The position numbers were made by a program, and so were the translations under genes. This document shows positions 37,090 through 47,248 of a DNA stretch of 53,673 nucleotides, in pieces. Position 1 is the stretch's first letter. Each line of letters begins with the position of its first letter. The stretch covers positions 1 through 53,673 of the IMG/VR virus record IMGVR_UViG_3300020205_004424; one strand, written 5' to 3'. The notes beneath the pieces were generated by a model. It was not told the DNA's origin, searched no databases, and worked only from the letters and a program-made list of their open reading frames with translations. This DNA comes from a virus. Lineage: Duplodnaviria; Caudoviricetes.

Positions 37090-37578
37090 ATGGCAATTTT
37101 AGATCAGAATCAAATATTTTTTACCCCGTTTGAGCCAAAACAAAGTAACCGCTTTGTAGCTACAATCGATGGTGTTCCTGCCTATTTAGTTAAAGGTGTA
37201 AGTGCAGTCAACTTGACTCAAACAGCAGTTGCCCTTAACCATATCAACATCCAACGATATGTAAAAGGAAAAACCGTTTGGGGTACAATTTCATTTACAT
37301 TGTATGAAGCAATTACTCCAAGTGGTGCTCAAGCAGTAATGGAATGGGTACGTTTAGGACACGAATCAGTAACAGGTAGAGATGGTTATTCTGATTTCTA
37401 TAAGAAAGATATTACGTTCAACGTAATCGGACCTGTAGGTGATATCGTTTCTGAATGGATTATTAAAGGAGCCGTTATTACAAGTGTTAACTTTGGTGAT
37501 TATAGCTACGATGATGATGGAACACCAGTAAACATTTCAGTTGAAGTACAACCAGATTACTGCGTATTGAACTATTAA
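37090..37578 (+). CDS. tail tube protein (gp19-like)
   Basis: FEPKQSNRF, W..ISFTLYE, VMEW, YKKDI, W.IKGA; follows the sheaths. Confidence 0.85.
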   Translation: MAILDQNQIFFTPFEPKQSNRFVATIDGVPAYLVKGVSAVNLTQTAVALNHINIQRYVKGKTVWGTISFTLYEAITPSGAQAVMEWVRLGHESVTGRDGYSDFYKKDITFNVIGPVGDIVSEWIIKGAVITSVNFGDYSYDDDGTPVNISVEVQPDYCVLNY

Positions 37579-37604
37579 TATTAGGTTAAACAACAAATAC
37601 AATG

Positions 37605-37636
37605 AAAGCTCCAAAGAAATTTGGGGCTTTTGTTTT
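37605..37636 (+). terminator. intrinsic terminator
   Basis: AAAGCTCCAAA-gaaa-TTTGGGGCTTT followed by a T-rich tract. Confidence 0.75.
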
Positions 37637-37658
37637 CTTTTACTATATTTATAACCAT

Positions 37659-38030
37659 ATGAAGCTAGACAACTTACGTACTTTAGTTAAAGAGGAGCTT
37701 AGTAAGCGACTAAACGAGGAATACCAAGACAAATTTAAAATGGTAGGTATGCTTATTACCAACATTAAAAAGCGCCCTCAAAAAGAAATATTTTCTGATA
37801 TTCGCTCAATCCCTGGTGTTACAGTAGCATCTGTAAAAGAACCTATGGAATACAGTGAACAAAATACAGAAAAATTTCAATCGATCATGACTGTAAAAGT
37901 TGATGGTCACCCATGGATTGCAACTAGTGGTTTTGATCGTTCAAAAATGGAAGACATACGTAAAGCAATATTGAAAGTAGAAGGAGTATTATCATTTAAT
38001 GTAAATTCCGATAATATTTCTGCCCTTTAA
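37659..38030 (+). CDS. hypothetical protein with MKLDNLRTLVKEEL leader
   Basis: ATG 37659 preferred because the track start lies in the terminator; late motif at 37645. Confidence 0.7.
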   Translation: MKLDNLRTLVKEELSKRLNEEYQDKFKMVGMLITNIKKRPQKEIFSDIRSIPGVTVASVKEPMEYSEQNTEKFQSIMTVKVDGHPWIATSGFDRSKMEDIRKAILKVEGVLSFNVNSDNISAL

Positions 38031-38070
38031 TATATTTATATAAGACAATAAGTTATAACAAATAAAAATT

Positions 38071-38802
38071 ATGGAAGAATTTAAAGTACCAACTGAAAAA
38101 ATCGAATTACCTTCAAAAGGTTTAGTTTATCCCACTGAAAGTCCACTTGCTCAAGGTTATGTTGAAATGAAATACATGACTGCAAAAGAAGAGGATATTC
38201 TACTTAACGCAAACTATATCAAAAACGGTACTGCAATTGATAAACTATTAAAAGCACTAATTGTAACTCCAATTAATTATGATGATCTAATTGTTGGAGA
38301 TAAAAACGCAATTATGGTTGCTTCTCGTATTTTAGGATATGGCCCAGAATATTCATTTGACTATGAAGGTGAAAGTTACACAATTGATTTATCTCAATTA
38401 GATAGTAAACCATTAGATGAATCTTTGTTTACAAAAGGGGTAAATGAATTTGCTTATACATTCCCATTCTCTAAAACAGAAATCACTTTCAAATTACTTC
38501 AACATAAAGACGAAAATAATATCACTCGTGAATTAGATGGTCTTAAAAAGATTAATAAAGAAAATTCACCCGAATTATCTACTCGTTTAAAATATATGAT
38601 TACATCAGTAGATGGAAATCGAGAATCTAAAGTAATTCGAGAGTTTGTTGATAAACACTTACTAGCTCGAGATGCTAAATCATTAAGATCTCATATTAAA
38701 AAATTTCAACCAGATGTAGATCTAACTTTTTTTCCCTCCGGAGATTCGGATAGAGTCAGTATTCCAATTGGGATTAAGTTTTTTTGGCCTGACGTCGATT
38801 GA
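38071..38802 (+). CDS. baseplate hub assembly protein / tail assembly chaperone (gp26-like)
   Basis: IELPSKG..Y, MTAKEEDIL, C-terminal FFWP; upstream of the tape measure. Confidence 0.7.
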   Translation: MEEFKVPTEKIELPSKGLVYPTESPLAQGYVEMKYMTAKEEDILLNANYIKNGTAIDKLLKALIVTPINYDDLIVGDKNAIMVASRILGYGPEYSFDYEGESYTIDLSQLDSKPLDESLFTKGVNEFAYTFPFSKTEITFKLLQHKDENNITRELDGLKKINKENSPELSTRLKYMITSVDGNRESKVIREFVDKHLLARDAKSLRSHIKKFQPDVDLTFFPSGDSDRVSIPIGIKFFWPDVD

Positions 38803-39073
38803 TCAAGCTAATAAGGCCAAAGTAGCCATCTATAAACAGATACATCAAATTTGCTTTTTTGGAAAAGGAGGATACAGCTGGCCTATTGTCTATAATATGC
38901 CAGTTTATCTTCGTCGTTTTATTTTTGATGAAATGAAACAATTCTATGATGAAGAAAAAGCGGCAAACGAGAAAGCATCAAAACGATCTCGAACAGGAAA
39001 AAATACATCTGAAACTCAAACATTTGATATGGGGGCAACTCCAAAAGGTAAAGTACCTGTTAAATATCAATAA
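38768..39073 (+). CDS. second chaperone ORF (gp51-like), probably a frameshift extension of the upstream gene
   Basis: No ATG until 38897; overlaps the upstream gene across a T7 run; GGYSW..VYNMP...R. Confidence 0.55.
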   Translation: MGLSFFGLTSIDQANKAKVAIYKQIHQICFFGKGGYSWPIVYNMPVYLRRFIFDEMKQFYDEEKAANEKASKRSRTGKNTSETQTFDMGATPKGKVPVKYQ

Positions 39074-39113
39074 AAGCTTGCACTTTTAATATTTATAACA
39101 AAATATTTGATAC

Positions 39114-41408
39114 ATGGCTGCTAACGATGATGCTAAAGAACTTAAGGGAATTTTAGGCGAGGTAAAAGCCGCCATGAAAGAAGCCGAAAATGACATCAAA
39201 AGAATGGGTGATGGCTTTAAATCTACTAAAGATTCTTTAGCTAGTCTAGTCGACTTAGCATCTGAATTTAGTTCCCACCAAAATAAAACCAACCAACTAT
39301 CTTCAGACCAACTAAAAAATCTTTCTGAAAAACTTAAAATAGAAAAGGAAAATCTTAAATTATCCCAAGAAAGTTTACTTAAACAGATTCAAAGAAACCA
39401 ACAACAAAAATCTGCTACTGATCAAGAAATTGCTCGATTAAATCTCCTAAGTAAAACTTATGGAACTGATCAAAAACGTCAAAAGCAAATTGAAAAATTA
39501 ATAACCTCTAATAAAACCCTTAACCAACAACTCTCAGACCAAGTTACAGCATACGAACAAGCGGATGATGTTTTAAGTGATATAGATGGTAGTATAGGAA
39601 ATTTAGAAAGAGGTCTTGATAAAGCTGCTAAAAAAGCTAAGGGTCTTGAAATGTTAAATAAGGTAGGGGGATCTTTAGATAAGATAAACTCTCCTTTAGA
39701 AGGAATGTTTAACCCACTTCAACTAATAAATAAAGCTATTGGGTTTATTGTAGGTAGTGTTACTGAATTTGATGCAAGATTAGGTGATACTGCTAAAAGT
39801 ATGAATTTAACATACGGAGAAGCAGAACGATCTAACAAAGCTATGGCCGCTTTTGCTAAATCCTCCAAAAGCGCTTATGATAACTCAGAAGATTTAAATA
39901 AAACAGTAGTAGAGTTAAATAAAAACTTAGGAACTTCTATAAAATTTGAACAATTAACTGGTGCTCTTAAAGAGGATGTAGCATTAATGTCTCAATTAGA
40001 GAATATTGCTGGGTTAACTGCTGAAGAATCTCAAGGAATACTTAATTATACTTTAGCTACAAACCAATCTGCTACAAAAGCAACTAAAGATTTGATGGCC
40101 AACTATAAAGTAGCAGGTCTTAAACGAGGAGTTGTATTAAATGAAAAAGATGCTTTAAAAGAAGTATCTAAATTATCAAATGCTATTAAATTATCTACAG
40201 CTGGTGGAGCTGCAGGATTAGCTAAATCTGTTGCGGCTGCTAAAGCACTAGGATCTGATTTAAGTAAAGTAGATGATATAGCAGGAAGTATTCTTAACTT
40301 TGAAGAATCTATTGAATCTGAATTAAGTGCAGAATTATTAACAGGTAAACAATTAAATTTAGAAAAAGCTCGTGAAGCTGCTTTAAATAACGACCTAGCA
40401 ACATTATCAGATGAGATAAAGAAAAATGTTGGTAGTACTGCTGAATTCCAAGAAATGAATAGAATCCAACAAGATGCAATTGCAAAATCTGTTGGAATGA
40501 CTCGTGAAGAATTAGCAACTACTTTAACTAACCAAGAAGCATTAAAAAATATTAGTGCTTCCTCTATTGAAGATGCTCAAGAAAAATATAATTTAGCAAA
40601 AGCTGAAGGGAAAGAAGCAGAATTTTTAGCTGAATTAGGTGATGAATCCCTAGCCAAACAATTCCAGCAAACTAGCATGCAAGAAGAAGCTGCTAATGCC
40701 CAAAAACAAGCTAATGATTCTATTATATTAGCTATAGGTTCGATGGAAAAATATAAAGAAGAACTAAAAGCAGTCCTTAAGTTTGCTACAAATTTAGCTG
40801 ATAATTTTGGATTAATAAAAGGAATTTTAGTAGCTATGGGAGCTATCATGGCTCTTAAATTAGTTAAAGGAATCATGGACTTCACCTCAGGTGCTGGTAA
40901 AGCTATATCTGTTGCTAAAGCATTATTTGCCGTAGAAAAGAAAGAAGCTTATACAGATGTTATTGGTGGTTCATATAAAATGGCTGCTGGCTTAGGACCC
41001 TTAGGTATTGCTGCCGTAGGAGGATTACTCGGTGCGGGTTTAACAGCATTAGCCATGTATACTATGAATGACGGTATAATTTCACCCTCTTCAGGTGGTA
41101 GCGGATATGGTGATAGAATGTTATTTGGGCCTGAAGGTGCAGTTTCATTTAATAATAAAGATACTATTGTAGCAGGAACTGATTTATTTAAAGCAAACGA
41201 TATGGTATCTGCTCCTAAAGGTGCAGTTCAAGTAGGAGGTGGAAATTCATCTAGAGAAATAGCTGACTTAAAAGGAGCAATAATGGCTTTAGCAGCTCGT
41301 CCTGTAAATGTTTCAATTGATGGTAAAAAAGTAATTGAAGCTACAACAGGTGCTCAACCAAATACCCAAGGAGTTGAATCTGCTAAAAACAGTTTCAAAA
41401 TGCAATAA
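39114..41408 (+). CDS. tape measure protein
   Basis: 764 aa, Ala/Lys/Leu-rich helical with hydrophobic segments near the C-terminus; position in the gene order. Confidence 0.8.
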   Translation: MAANDDAKELKGILGEVKAAMKEAENDIKRMGDGFKSTKDSLASLVDLASEFSSHQNKTNQLSSDQLKNLSEKLKIEKENLKLSQESLLKQIQRNQQQKSATDQEIARLNLLSKTYGTDQKRQKQIEKLITSNKTLNQQLSDQVTAYEQADDVLSDIDGSIGNLERGLDKAAKKAKGLEMLNKVGGSLDKINSPLEGMFNPLQLINKAIGFIVGSVTEFDARLGDTAKSMNLTYGEAERSNKAMAAFAKSSKSAYDNSEDLNKTVVELNKNLGTSIKFEQLTGALKEDVALMSQLENIAGLTAEESQGILNYTLATNQSATKATKDLMANYKVAGLKRGVVLNEKDALKEVSKLSNAIKLSTAGGAAGLAKSVAAAKALGSDLSKVDDIAGSILNFEESIESELSAELLTGKQLNLEKAREAALNNDLATLSDEIKKNVGSTAEFQEMNRIQQDAIAKSVGMTREELATTLTNQEALKNISASSIEDAQEKYNLAKAEGKEAEFLAELGDESLAKQFQQTSMQEEAANAQKQANDSIILAIGSMEKYKEELKAVLKFATNLADNFGLIKGILVAMGAIMALKLVKGIMDFTSGAGKAISVAKALFAVEKKEAYTDVIGGSYKMAAGLGPLGIAAVGGLLGAGLTALAMYTMNDGIISPSSGGSGYGDRMLFGPEGAVSFNNKDTIVAGTDLFKANDMVSAPKGAVQVGGGNSSREIADLKGAIMALAARPVNVSIDGKKVIEATTGAQPNTQGVESAKNSFKMQ

Positions 41409-41435
41409 TATTTAATATTTATAAACAAAATAATT

Positions 41436-41711
41436 ATGGGACTTTTAACTAAATTACAACAACAAGGATCAGCATACTCAGAATATGATGGTACTAACCC
41501 ACCAACTAACCCACTAGCAACTAATCAATCTCAGTTACATGCTGGTGCAGGAGGAACTGCAGGATATTCTTTAAATGGCTCTGCCCAAACCCAAGTAAAT
41601 GCAAATTATAACGCTTATTTGGATGGAGTATCAAATGCATTACCTACTCCTTCACAATTAGATTTGAATGGTGTAAGTGCAACTCCTTATTTACAAAACC
41701 CACCACAATAA
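41436..41711 (+). CDS. small tail/baseplate-region protein, paralog A
   Basis: MGL...LQQQGS, EYDGT.P..NPLAT, Y.DGV.N..P.PS.LDLN shared with the next gene. Confidence 0.7.
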   Translation: MGLLTKLQQQGSAYSEYDGTNPPTNPLATNQSQLHAGAGGTAGYSLNGSAQTQVNANYNAYLDGVSNALPTPSQLDLNGVSATPYLQNPPQ

Positions 41712-41718
41712 TTAAATT

Positions 41719-42150
41719 ATGGGTTTAAGGGATTTGTTACAACAACAAGGGTCAACTCTAGCTTATGGAGCTAACCCAACAAACCCATCTAATGGTGATA
41801 ATATTTCTCCATTAAACCAAGAGACCTTATTACCTGGATTTTCTACAGAAGGATCAGGTTTAACAGAATATGATGGTACTACTCCCCAAATAAACCCATT
41901 AGCTACAAAGCTATCAACCCTTCATTATAACCCTAAAAGTAATTCTGAAGGTTGGTCTGTTACAGGAAAACTAGATCAAACGGGTATGCAAACCATCAAA
42001 AATTATTCCTTATACCAGGATGGAGTATTTAATCCAATACCACAACCATCTACATTAGATCTTAATGATCCTGAAGGAGCGGATCCAAATTATAAATTAC
42101 AATATACTTCAATAGAAGGAAATAGATACGAAGATTCATCTTTTCAATAA
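41719..42150 (+). CDS. small tail/baseplate-region protein, paralog B
   Basis: Shares motifs with 41436..41711. Confidence 0.7.
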   Translation: MGLRDLLQQQGSTLAYGANPTNPSNGDNISPLNQETLLPGFSTEGSGLTEYDGTTPQINPLATKLSTLHYNPKSNSEGWSVTGKLDQTGMQTIKNYSLYQDGVFNPIPQPSTLDLNDPEGADPNYKLQYTSIEGNRYEDSSFQ

Positions 42151-42153
42151 CAT

Positions 42154-44286
42154 ATGGGACTTGTTCAAATACTTACTGCTCCTGGGAGTTTTAAATTTTA
42201 TGCGGAAAAAAGTTTCCCAAACCCAAATGCTGTATCTACACCTACTTCATTTGGACAAAAAAGAATTGGTTATGGAGACTCAAACCAACCCTATATTAAA
42301 ATCCCACTCCCTGATTCAGGAGTAACATATGGTCAATTAAATAAATTAACTTCGAATCCAAATCCATATGATTTTTCTTTAATTCCTGGTTTTGATGCTC
42401 TTGCAAATGCAGCAGGTAATATACGATATAATCCTTCATCTTGGGGTCTTGATTTTTTAAATAGAGGAAATGCTTTTGGATTAACTAGAGCAGGAGATGA
42501 TATTTTAAGATTAACAAAATTTTTTACAGATAATAGAAGTTCAACAGGAGAACTTTTTATAGCTAAACAAAATTTACTTTCACGAGTAGCTGTTAAAACT
42601 GAAGCATCTTACGGAGTGGCTTATGGTTTAGGAAATGTAAATGGGGGTATTTATACTCCTGCATCAACTATAGGTCAAGCTGCTTTAAGTGTAATTGAAG
42701 GTCATTTACTTAAACAAGGTATAGATCCTACAGGAACTGTTGAAGATTTAAGTATTAGGACATACCAACAAGCTATATTTGCTAATCAACTTAAAGACAA
42801 TACTGATAAAAATAATCGCTTAATTAAATTAAGTAAATTATCATACATAACTGTTGCTGAAACTGATACATTAAATGTTGGTTCAACGTATAAAATAACT
42901 CAAGATACAGGTTATTTTATGTCTTATGGTGGTGGTCCTGATTCATTTTTAGGAGTAGGAAATACTAAAATAAAATATGCTACAGATAATACAGGCCAAA
43001 ACCCCTTACTTACACTCTCTAATAAAAAAGACTATTCAGATGCATCTGGAATTAGTACATATACCCCAACCCCATTAACTTGGGATAGAAAAGATTTTGC
43101 TCTTTCTTCTTCATATGATAAATATAATTCTACAACTCCAACAATAGGTGAAGATTTTAGAAAATCTCTTGTAGAAGAAGCAAGTTTAGGTCAACAGATA
43201 TTTTTAAGTAAGTCTCCTAGCTATGTTTTAGGAAGTTCTAACACAGGTAATATTGAAAAAAGAACTAATTTTAGAGGAGCAGGTGCTAGAGGAAATAGAA
43301 AAAATTATAAAGACGGTAAAAAAGATATTACTGCCGGAAGAGTATTAGGCCCAACAGATTTAATCAATGCTGTTCCTATATACCAAGGTACTAATTCTAC
43401 TAATAATGAAATTGTAAAAGACCTCGTTGATTTTCGTATAGGAATTTATGATAATGATACTATTGGTAATTCAGATATATCACTCAATTGGCTTCACTTT
43501 AGAGTATTTTTAGATGAGTTTTCTGATTCATATGGTGCTGATTGGAAACCACTAAATTATATGGGTAGAGCAGAAAGTTTTTATAAGTATGAATCATTTA
43601 AAAGAGATGTATCTATTGGATTTACTGTAGCTGCTCAATCAAAACAAGAACTTTTACCAATATATAAAAAGCTTAACTATTTAGCATCCTCAATGGCTCC
43701 TAGTTACTCTCCAAATGGGTTTATTCGTGGTAATTTATCTCGAATAACTCTAGGTAACTGGCTTTGGGAACAACCAGGATTTATTTCTTCAGTAGATTTA
43801 TCTATTCCTGATGAATCTCCTTGGGAAATTAATCTTCCCCTTGATACCTCTACCCCAGATGAATTTGTTAAACAAGTTCCTCATATGATTCAAGTTAAAA
43901 TTAAATTCACTCCAATTCATAGATTTAGACCTGAAATTACAAAACTTGGGAGTATACCAAATCCTGAAACATTTACTGAAGATAATATTATTTATCAAGA
44001 TCCATCATATGGACCACAAAGATATATTGCTCTCCAAGATCAAAATACTAATGGATATGACACCAAACCATTATCCCCAAATCAACAAACAACCCCAGGA
44101 ACATCTTTAACTGATGAACAAACAAATCAACTTGCTTATGGACCTGTAACTCAACAAGAAGCATCTAGTTTTACATCCCCATTAGATCAAGGAATATTTT
44201 CTTCACCAGTTTCAACAACTCCTCCTTCAGCACCTTCAAATCCAAATTTGGCTTTAGGAAATCAAGGAAGTATATTTACACCATAA
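42154..44286 (+). CDS. baseplate/tail-tube initiator-like protein
   Basis: C-terminal tube-fold-like region FSDSY.ADW....YMGRAE.FY.Y..F.R.V...F; position in the gene order. Confidence 0.55.
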   Translation: MGLVQILTAPGSFKFYAEKSFPNPNAVSTPTSFGQKRIGYGDSNQPYIKIPLPDSGVTYGQLNKLTSNPNPYDFSLIPGFDALANAAGNIRYNPSSWGLDFLNRGNAFGLTRAGDDILRLTKFFTDNRSSTGELFIAKQNLLSRVAVKTEASYGVAYGLGNVNGGIYTPASTIGQAALSVIEGHLLKQGIDPTGTVEDLSIRTYQQAIFANQLKDNTDKNNRLIKLSKLSYITVAETDTLNVGSTYKITQDTGYFMSYGGGPDSFLGVGNTKIKYATDNTGQNPLLTLSNKKDYSDASGISTYTPTPLTWDRKDFALSSSYDKYNSTTPTIGEDFRKSLVEEASLGQQIFLSKSPSYVLGSSNTGNIEKRTNFRGAGARGNRKNYKDGKKDITAGRVLGPTDLINAVPIYQGTNSTNNEIVKDLVDFRIGIYDNDTIGNSDISLNWLHFRVFLDEFSDSYGADWKPLNYMGRAESFYKYESFKRDVSIGFTVAAQSKQELLPIYKKLNYLASSMAPSYSPNGFIRGNLSRITLGNWLWEQPGFISSVDLSIPDESPWEINLPLDTSTPDEFVKQVPHMIQVKIKFTPIHRFRPEITKLGSIPNPETFTEDNIIYQDPSYGPQRYIALQDQNTNGYDTKPLSPNQQTTPGTSLTDEQTNQLAYGPVTQQEASSFTSPLDQGIFSSPVSTTPPSAPSNPNLALGNQGSIFTP

Positions 44287-44290
44287 TAAT

Positions 44291-44608
44291 ATGAATAGAT
44301 ATAGCGTAGCACAAATAGTTAAAACTGCAGAAAATACAAATAGAAGGTATACTAATATAAAATACCCTCTAATACAACCCTCTTCTTCAGATATTTACCT
44401 ATATACAGGTCAAGGAGATAGATATGATACTTTAGCATTGACTTATTATAGTGATACTACATTATGGTGGGTAATTAGTAGAGCAAATCCATCCCAACCC
44501 AATGATACTTTATATCCAAACGTTGGAGCCCAAATTAGAATTCCTGCACCAGCAAGAATTCCAACTATAATATCAAATTTTCAAAATTTGAATAACATAT
44601 CAATTTAA
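44291..44608 (+). CDS. LysM-like baseplate wedge protein (gp53/gpX-like)
   Basis: GDRYDTLA..YY.D..LWWVI..AN...G.QIRIP. Confidence 0.8.
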   Translation: MNRYSVAQIVKTAENTNRRYTNIKYPLIQPSSSDIYLYTGQGDRYDTLALTYYSDTTLWWVISRANPSQPNDTLYPNVGAQIRIPAPARIPTIISNFQNLNNISI

Positions 44609-44614
44609 AAAGTT

Positions 44615-47236
44615 ATGGCACTAGTAGGAGAACAAATTCCAGGTTATGTTCAAAAACAAATAGAGGTTAGACAAAAAGCTCATGGTAGTGGAACTTCTTC
44701 TGATTTGTTAAGAACAGACGAAACTTTAATTTATACTAATTCTCGAAATGCTTTTATTAAAATGGCTTCGGGGGTTTCTGTTTCTGAAGCTAAATTAAAA
44801 GAAATAGGATATAGTGGGGCAGATTTAGACATTTTAAAAGGAATGGGTCTTGCAAAAAACCATGTTTTATTTGGAGGGATCTCTTATATGTCCCAAATTG
44901 CAAATTCATCAGGAGGAACAGATGGCGTTTTATTCCAAAAATCTGATTTTATAGGAATTAATGGAGCGTATACTGCAGACCCTGATTTTGGAATAGTACC
45001 AATGCCTGGTGTAGAAAGTTTAGAAGTAAAATCTTTAAACCGTGGTTCATTAAAAAAAGCTACAGTTAAACTTACTGCCCAAACTAGAAACCAACTTGCC
45101 GTTCTAGACTTATTATATATGCGTTTAGGATATACGGTTTTAATTGAATGGGGTAATTCTATTTATCTTGATAAAAATGGTAAGTTACAAAAAATGTATA
45201 CTTCTATTATTGAAGATAATAAACTATGGTTTAATCCAACTTGGTCTTCAAAAAGATCATTTGCTGATATTACAGGACAAATATCTAAAGTTAGAGAATT
45301 ATATGATGGAAATTTTGATGCTTTACTAGGTAAAGTTTCTAATTTCAACTGGTCTTTCAACTCAGATGGTTCATATAGTATAGAATTAACTATTATTAGT
45401 TTAGGAGATATAGTTGAATCTTTAAAAGTTAATGTACCTGCTGCCTATAATACAATGAAATTTGTTAATGATAATGGTACAGCATGGTTAACAGAAGATG
45501 ATACTTTAGATCAACATAGAAAAGATAATATTGTTTTATCTTTACTTCATACTCTTAGAGTATTAAACCAAAACCCCACCGGAACTAAAATAACAATTTC
45601 TACAAAAGATACATCTGGAGTAGATCAACCAATAGCATATCCTGGAAGATTATTAACTATAGGAGGTAATGTAATTACTACTTCTGACCATCAATTGACT
45701 TTAACATATACTGTTGGTTGGAAAAATGATGAAACTGGCCAATTTATTAGTCCTGATGACTTAAAAGAAGGATATTATGGTCTTTTTGGTGTAGCAGCAA
45801 GACAATTAACATTTGATGAAGCTAAAAAATTAGCCTCTACAAATACAGAAGCTAATGGAGACCCAGAATACTATAAAGGATATGGATATGATGTACAAGA
45901 AATTGGAGGAGGTATAGAAAGAGCTAGATTAGTTTTTAAATCTAAGAGAACAGCAAATATTTTTACAGAAACCAAAACATTCAGTGACATCGAATGGAAA
46001 GATTATATTGATTCAGGTGACCAAAGTAAAAATTATAAAGATTTATCCAAATCAGAAAACCCAGTATCTAAATTTAGATATGAATTTTTTACAAAATATA
46101 GTGATTTTGATTTTGATAAAACTAAAGAAAATTTTTTATCTATTGCCCTTTTTTCTGATACTACTCAAGAGGTTTTAAGAACTACTCCAAAAGAAAAAAA
46201 ATTATCTTTAATAGAAGTAGATACTAGACCAATCCAAAATAAAATATCAATTTCATTTGCTCAAGTTCCTAATAGATCGACTCAATCTATAAATGCACAA
46301 AACATTAGCAACCCTTTAAAAGGAACAGGATATGAAGATGATGATGCATTTGTATTAAATTTAGATAAACCTCAATATTATATTAGATTTGGATATTTAC
46401 TTGATCTACTTAAGAAAAAAGTTGTAACTCGTATAAACACGGGAAAGAAAAATTACGACGAAAATCCAAATATATTTAACATAGATACTGACGAGAATAA
46501 TAGTTTAATGTTGTGTTTACCTCAACAAATTTCGTTTGATTGGAGAACATGTATAGTAAGACGTAATCAATTTGATAGGCCTAATTCTTGGCAACAAAAA
46601 ATATTTCCTCAATTAAGACAATGGTATAGACCTGATACTAACACTGCTTTTGCTTTAAATGTTTATTTAAATTTTAACTTTATAGCAGAAAGTATGACCT
46701 CAAATTCAGATGATAGAGGAAATATTTCTGTTTATGATTTTATTAAATCCATGTGTGATGGGATAAATAAAGCAATGGGTGGTATAAACAACCTTGAACC
46801 TGTAATTGATGAAGATACTAATACTTTACGTATTTTTGAATCTTCCCCTATCCCTAAAGAACCAGTAAACCCAGGATATAAACTTCAATTATATGGATAT
46901 GGTAATGGTGTTACTAGTCCTAAAAATTCTTCAACATTTGTTAGAAAAGTTGATTTAAAAACAGCCATCACCCCAGAATACGCCACAATGATTACAGTTG
47001 GAGCAACAGCTAATGGATATGTTAAAGGAACTGAAGCAACAGCATTTGCTAGATGGAATAGTGGTTTAACCGATAGATTCAAAAGTGAATTATTAGCAGC
47101 TGATTCTGAGACTAAACTCAAAGGAGATGATGATAGAGATGATACTGCCGCTAATTTCCAAGCAGCAATGAATTGGACAGCAAGATGTTTTGGAATTGAA
47201 GGAGCAGGTAAAATATGGGAATGTTTCCCTCAATAA
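44615..47236 (+). CDS. baseplate hub protein (gp27-like), N-terminal part
   Basis: PMPGV.S, GSLKKATV, YMRLGYTVLIEWG, GKVSNFNWS...DGSY; follows the LysM-like gene. Confidence 0.6.
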   Translation: MALVGEQIPGYVQKQIEVRQKAHGSGTSSDLLRTDETLIYTNSRNAFIKMASGVSVSEAKLKEIGYSGADLDILKGMGLAKNHVLFGGISYMSQIANSSGGTDGVLFQKSDFIGINGAYTADPDFGIVPMPGVESLEVKSLNRGSLKKATVKLTAQTRNQLAVLDLLYMRLGYTVLIEWGNSIYLDKNGKLQKMYTSIIEDNKLWFNPTWSSKRSFADITGQISKVRELYDGNFDALLGKVSNFNWSFNSDGSYSIELTIISLGDIVESLKVNVPAAYNTMKFVNDNGTAWLTEDDTLDQHRKDNIVLSLLHTLRVLNQNPTGTKITISTKDTSGVDQPIAYPGRLLTIGGNVITTSDHQLTLTYTVGWKNDETGQFISPDDLKEGYYGLFGVAARQLTFDEAKKLASTNTEANGDPEYYKGYGYDVQEIGGGIERARLVFKSKRTANIFTETKTFSDIEWKDYIDSGDQSKNYKDLSKSENPVSKFRYEFFTKYSDFDFDKTKENFLSIALFSDTTQEVLRTTPKEKKLSLIEVDTRPIQNKISISFAQVPNRSTQSINAQNISNPLKGTGYEDDDAFVLNLDKPQYYIRFGYLLDLLKKKVVTRINTGKKNYDENPNIFNIDTDENNSLMLCLPQQISFDWRTCIVRRNQFDRPNSWQQKIFPQLRQWYRPDTNTAFALNVYLNFNFIAESMTSNSDDRGNISVYDFIKSMCDGINKAMGGINNLEPVIDEDTNTLRIFESSPIPKEPVNPGYKLQLYGYGNGVTSPKNSSTFVRKVDLKTAITPEYATMITVGATANGYVKGTEATAFARWNSGLTDRFKSELLAADSETKLKGDDDRDDTAANFQAAMNWTARCFGIEGAGKIWECFPQ

Positions 47237-47248
47237 ATAAGTTAATAT

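Noticed and set aside
1166-37658. Track start codons at 1166, 1952, 12995, 16904, 25928 and 37602
   Set aside because: They extend into upstream genes or terminators; downstream ATGs at 1181, 1964, 13037, 16970, 26054 and 37659 fit the motif spacing and gene packing better.
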